Origin: Octopus sinensis
Lineage: Eukaryota
Length of the DNA stretch: 13,169 bases
Assembly: GCF_006345805.1 (NCBI RefSeq)
Contig: NW_021826445.1
Coordinates: 1 to 13,169 of the forward strand
Direction: 5' to 3'
Under the pieces are notes generated by a model. That model saw only the letters and a program-made list of their open reading frames with translations. It was not told where the DNA came from and searched no databases. Positions 9,089 to 13,169 of this stretch are shown here, one piece after another. Each line of letters opens with the position of its first letter. Within the stretch, counting starts at the first letter, position 1. The position numbers and the translations under genes are program-made.

Positions 9089-9124
9089 AAAAATAAAAAT
9101 ATCAATAACAAAATTAGTAACAAA

Positions 9125-9333
9125 CCTTTTTACAAGAGGAACAAGACCTGAAATTTGCGGGAAGGAGACTAGTCACTTACATCATCCCCCGTGTTTCGTT
9201 GGTACTTAATTGATCGACCCCGAAATGAAGAAAGGTAAAATCGACCTCCGCGCAATTTGATCTCAGAACATGAAGACGGACGGATTGTCGATAAACACCT
9301 TACCCGGCGCGCCAACGATTTTGCCAGCCTGCC
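9125..9333 (-). mobile_element. Second, more diverged SINE family B copy adjacent to the previous one
   Basis: GGTACTTAATTGATCGACCCCGAAA..TCGACCTC..TTTGATCTCAGAAC..CGATTTTGCCAGC is the reverse complement of family B. Confidence 0.88.
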
Positions 9334-9335
9334 AA

Positions 9336-9482
<147 letters not shown>

Positions 9483-10036
9483 GCCGTGATGCAGTACCAG
9501 GTAGTGGCTCTCATGGCTTGTCATCTTAACTGGAGGGAAGTGTTATCATGTACATTGTTTTGTCTTGGTATAAAAGATGGGCTACTGCAAATATTCTGCT
9601 CAATACCATAGATTTGCATGTCAGTTGTTTGACCGTAACCAGTTGAGCATGTCCTTTAGTGGCTGACGATATGTGCATCTCTGATCACGAGCAGAAGTAG
9701 TGGGGGAGCATCATAGCCATGTGTTGAGAGGGATTCTTTGGGGTTTGAATAATTCACCTCTGGAAACAGGGGTGGTTCTTTCAACATCCTTAAACAACCC
9801 TTATTCAGGGACCTTTTGAGCGGGATGGGCTACTCAACCTGAAGAAATTTCTAACTGGGCCCCACCTGCAAGGTCATGCACTGTTTATCTTTATATGAGA
9901 TGACCATGTCGTGCGTATATGGTTGTGATGCATGTGCCTTGTGTACCCTTATCAGCCGGGTAGTCATGATGGGTATACTGGGCTTCATATATTTTACCCC
10001 AGTGTCACTTTGATGGCATGCACTGCTCTCTCACTC
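9483..10036 (+). mobile_element. 554-bp non-coding element flanked on both sides by (AAT)n; probable non-autonomous retroelement
   Basis: Higher-complexity sequence GCCGTGATGCAGTACCAGG..CTGCTCTCTCACTC with sharp boundaries into (AAT)n, no ORF of note, no A/B box and no TIR. I recall similar sequence as a common octopus repeat (unverified). Orientation is inferred from the AAT tail. Confidence 0.6.
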
Positions 10037-10054
10037 AATAATAATAATAATAGT

Positions 10055-10129
<75 letters not shown>

Positions 10130-10157
10130 GGTAATGTTGATAATGATGATGATGATG

Positions 10158-11460
10158 ATAATAAGCTGCTCGAGATCAGAGCTTATTAACTGGGAACTAT
10201 TAAGCCAACATGATGAAAAATAGTGTAGACTCAAAGTGTCGATACTGCGACGATGGGATTGAATCAGTGAACCTCCCCCCCCAATCTCTGGGTGCAAGGT
10301 TTTAGCACCTGTAGAGTATCAATGAAGACATGACTGAGTTGGCCAAAATCTACACTGGATGATATGACGGCATTATAAAATGAAAACTGCTGACAAATGG
10401 TAAAAGCACCACCCTGAGGTCTGTAACTGAGGAAGAAAATGTAACAATTATTTGGGACTTTCTAGTACATACAGTCCGGACCATCAAAGCTAATAAAACA
10501 GATTTTGTTCCGAAAGACCTTAACAATAAAGTCTGTTTATTGATTGACATGTACTTACCCTGTGACCATAATATCTTGGCAAAGGAATTTGATAAAGTTT
10601 AGAAAATATAAAGGAGTGGCTGTGTGGTAAGTAACTTGTTTACCAACCACTTGGTTCGGGGTTCAGTCTCACTGCGTGGCACCTTGGGTAAGTGTCTTCT
10701 ACTATAGCCTCGGGCCGACCAAAGCCTTGTGAGTGGATTTGGTAGACGGAAACTGAAAAGAAGCCCGTCGTATATATGTATATATATATCTATGCATGTG
10801 CGTGTGTTTGTGTGTCTGTGTTTGTCCCCCCCCCCTCGCATTGCTTGACAACCGATGCTGGTGTGTTTATGTCCCCGTTACTTAGTGGTTCGGCAAAAGA
10901 GACCGATAGAATAATTACTGGGCTTACAAAAGAATAAGTCCCGGGGTCGAGTTGCTCGATTAAAGGCGGTGCTCTAGCATGGCCGCAGTCAAATGACTGA
11001 AACAAGTAAAAGAGTAAAAGAGTAAAAAAGTATTTACTAATCGAAATCGAAAAGACGTACCATCTCAAGATGGTTAGAATATCAGTGATTGTAGGATCAT
11101 TTGGAATGACCAAAAAATGGAACTGAAAAGAATGATCCCTGGCTTACCATCCGTGCAGGAAGTGCAAAAGATTGTCTTAACTACTACGTCACACGTAACG
11201 AGAATAGCATTGTCACTGTGAATTTTATTTCTTTTTGTTTTCTTCTCCATTTTCTTTGTTTACTTATTTTTATTTTTATTTTTCACTTTTTTCTGTCTGT
11301 TTCTCATACCCTTTTCCTCTATCACATTACTTTGTAAATGAACAATCTGGTGTGTTTATTTTAATGGCCTACCAAAGTGTACGGTGAGTTTCTCTACCCT
11401 AGGTGTCAGGAAGACACTCGGCAAGAAGTGGAAACATAATTGAAAGATGATGATAATAAT
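10158..11460 (+). mobile_element. 5'-truncated RLE LINE (R4/Dong-like): zinc knuckle, PD-(D/E)xK endonuclease, 3'UTR and (AAT)n tail; interrupted by SINE A
   Basis: AARDQSLLTGNY*ANMMKNSVDSKCRYCDDGIESVN..ISGCKVLAPVEYQ*RHD*VGQNLHWMI..VTIIWDFLVHTVRTIKANKTDFVPKDLNNKVCLLIDMYLPCDHNILAKEFDKV.KYK, then after the SINE DLLIEIEKTYHLKMVRISVIVGSFGM..IPGLPSVQEVQKIVLTTTSHVTRIALSL* (stop 11219-11221). Multiple stops and frameshifts. Confidence 0.95.
10614..11031 (+). mobile_element. Full-length tRNA-derived SINE family A (octopus-type; CORE-like CCTTGGG.AAG motif)
   Basis: A-box TGGCTGTGTGG, B-box GGTTCAGTCTC, internal (TA)/(TG) tract, 3' hairpin CAGTCA-AA-TGACTG (10986-10999) and (GTAAAAGA)n tail. Confidence 0.93.
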
Positions 11461-11536
11461 AATAATAATAATATAATGATAATGATGATGATGATAATGA
11501 TGATGATAATGATGATGAGGATAATGATGATGATGG

Positions 11537-11568
<32 letters not shown>

Positions 11569-12355
11569 TAGAGTAATAATAATAATGATAATAATAAGGA
11601 TAATAAAATAATAATAATATAATAATAATAATAATAATAAAAATTAAAATAATAATATAGAGTAATAATGATAATAATAATAATAATAATATAATAATAT
11701 AATAATAATAATAATAATAATGATATAATAATAATCATGGTGATGATGCATATGGTGTTCATGTTATTGTAGCTGCAGCTCTTGATGGCCATGATGACGA
11801 TAAAGGCGACGCTGACGACGACGGCAACAACAACATCCGTGTGAAAAATGTCAAACTTAAAACTAACACCAATGGTGTAGTTTTCGTGTTGCTGAAGAAC
11901 ACCTCGTAAAGTATTTCCTGTGGTAATTGCCTTCACGGTTTCGAAACGGAATATTAACTGTAAACAACAAAAAACAACTACTCCAGATGCAAACAAAAAA
12001 ATAAATAATAAATAAAAATAAAAATAAATAAATAAAACTACCAACAACTATAACATGGTGGTGGACACCGACGACGACGACGGCGACGTCACACAATGAC
12101 ATTAAGGTCATTAACAAAAATTACAGATGCAATTAATACAAATCACAACAACACAAACATTAGGAAGGGAAAATAATTAACAACAAGATTAAACAACAAC
12201 AACAACAACAACAGCGGAAGTGACAATTAGAGATGCAATTAATATTAGCAAAAATTTAATAAAAAAAACAATAATGACAAAAGCAAGAACAGCAAAAACA
12301 ACAACAACGGCACAGTGGCAAAAACAACACAAACAATAATGTTGGCTGAATAACG
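11445..12355. repeat. (AAT/GAT)n then (GAC)/(AAC)/A-rich low-complexity tracts, except the unique island at 11850-11960
   Basis: Direct reading. Confidence 0.9.
11868..11957 (-). CDS. Candidate 90-nt symmetric coding exon (LIFRFETVKAITTGNTLRGVLQQHENYTIG, or alternative frame NIPFRNREGNYHRKYFTRCSSATRKLHHW); product unknown
   Basis: Minus-strand acceptor with a long T-rich tract, TTTTTTGTTGTTTACAG| (AG at 11959-11958); donor GGT|GTTAGT (11867-11862); length divisible by 3; unique sequence within microsatellites. No recognised homology. Confidence 0.4.
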
Positions 12356-12370
12356 ACAGACATGATACGT

Positions 12371-13169
12371 GGCGCATGCGCAGCTGTGTGGTCAGAAGTT
12401 CGCTTCACAGCCACATGATTTCGGGTTCAGTCCCGCTGCGTGGCAGCGAGCTGGCAGAAACGTTAGCGCACCATCCGAAATGCTTAGCGGTATTTCGTCT
12501 GTCGCAACGTTCTGAGTTCAAGTTCCGCTGAGGTCGACTTTGCCTTTCATCCTTTCGGGGTCGATAAATTAAGTACCAGTTACGCACTGGGGTCGATGTA
12601 ATCGACTTAATACCTATGTCTGTCCTTGTTTGTCCCCTCTATGTTTAGCCCCTTGTGGGTAATAAAGAAATAGGTATTTCGTCTGCGTTACGTTGTGAGT
12701 TCAAATTCCACCGAGGTCGACTTTGCCTTTCATCCTTTCGGGGTTGATAAATTAAGTACCAGTTACGCACTGGGGTCGATGTAATCGACTTAATACCTAT
12801 GTCTGTCCTTGTTTGTCCCCTCTGTGTTTATCCCCTTGTGGGTAATAAAGAAATAGGTATCTTGGGCAAGAGTCTTGTCTTAAAGTCTCAGACCTACACC
12901 GCCTTGTGAGTGGATGTAGTAGAAGGAAACTGAAAGAAGCCCGTCGTTTATATATATATATGTGTGTGTGGAGGGGGAGTGAGTTTGTCTGTGTGGTGTG
13001 GAGGGGGGTGAGTGTGTCTGTGTGTGGGTGTGGGTGTGCATATCTTTGTATTTGTCCGCACCACCGCTTTACATCCGGTGTTAGTGTGTTTACGTTACCG
13101 TAACGTATCGGCCCAGCAAAAGAAGCCGGCAGTATAAGTACCAGGACTAGAAGAAAAACGTAAGCGCTG
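12371..13169 (+). mobile_element. Diverged SINE family A copy (12371-12445 and 12860-13169) split by a family B insertion
   Basis: Head GCTGTGTGGTCAGAAG..GGGTTCAGTCCCGCTGCGTGGCA resumes as TCTTGGGCAAG..GCCTTGTGAGTGGAT..GGAAACTGAAAGAAGCCCGTCG, matching ~10680-10770. Confidence 0.9.
12446..12859 (+). mobile_element. Young SINE family B with a head-to-tail duplicated body (12489-12672 and 12673-12855)
   Basis: Head GCGAGCTGGCAGAAACGTTAGC, B-box-like GAGTTCAA.TTCC, hairpin GTCGAT-GTA-ATCGAC; two 183-184-bp units, each ending AATAAAGAAATA and followed by GGTAT. Confidence 0.93.

Noticed and set aside
9663-9845. CTGACGA (9663) and CTGAAGA (9839) as hammerhead cores in the 554-bp element
   Set aside because: Neither is followed by a stem II plus GAAA arrangement.
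12489-12860. CRISPR-like or prokaryotic repeat systems here or elsewhere in the window
   Set aside because: The repeats are long SINE units or microsatellites with no short repeat-unique spacer pattern, and there is no operon-like coding density.

Overview
AT-rich, repeat-dense eukaryotic (animal) non-coding or intronic DNA. The tRNA-derived SINE families and abundant (AAT)n, (CAT)n, (CA)n and (TA)n tracts look like octopus (coleoid cephalopod) DNA; this is recognition from memory, not a database result. There is no intact gene, and most track ORFs are microsatellite translations. Main contents: a ~564-bp tandem duplication at the left edge; two different 3' remnants of RLE-endonuclease (R4/Dong-like) LINEs; a decayed APE+RT LINE (RTE-like, minus strand, ~3110-5450) interrupted by a hAT terminus; a ~550-bp inverted duplicate of part of that LINE (arms 4574-5122 and 6207-6775); several SINEs, including nested and tandem ones; a 554-bp non-coding element inside (AAT)n; and a few weak candidate exons. 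Most interesting: (1) a tRNA-headed element carrying a mutated Penelope-type minimal hammerhead ribozyme motif; (2) the long inverted repeat, which could form dsRNA; (3) three (AAT)n-tailed elements sharing a GTGTCA-containing 3' stem.
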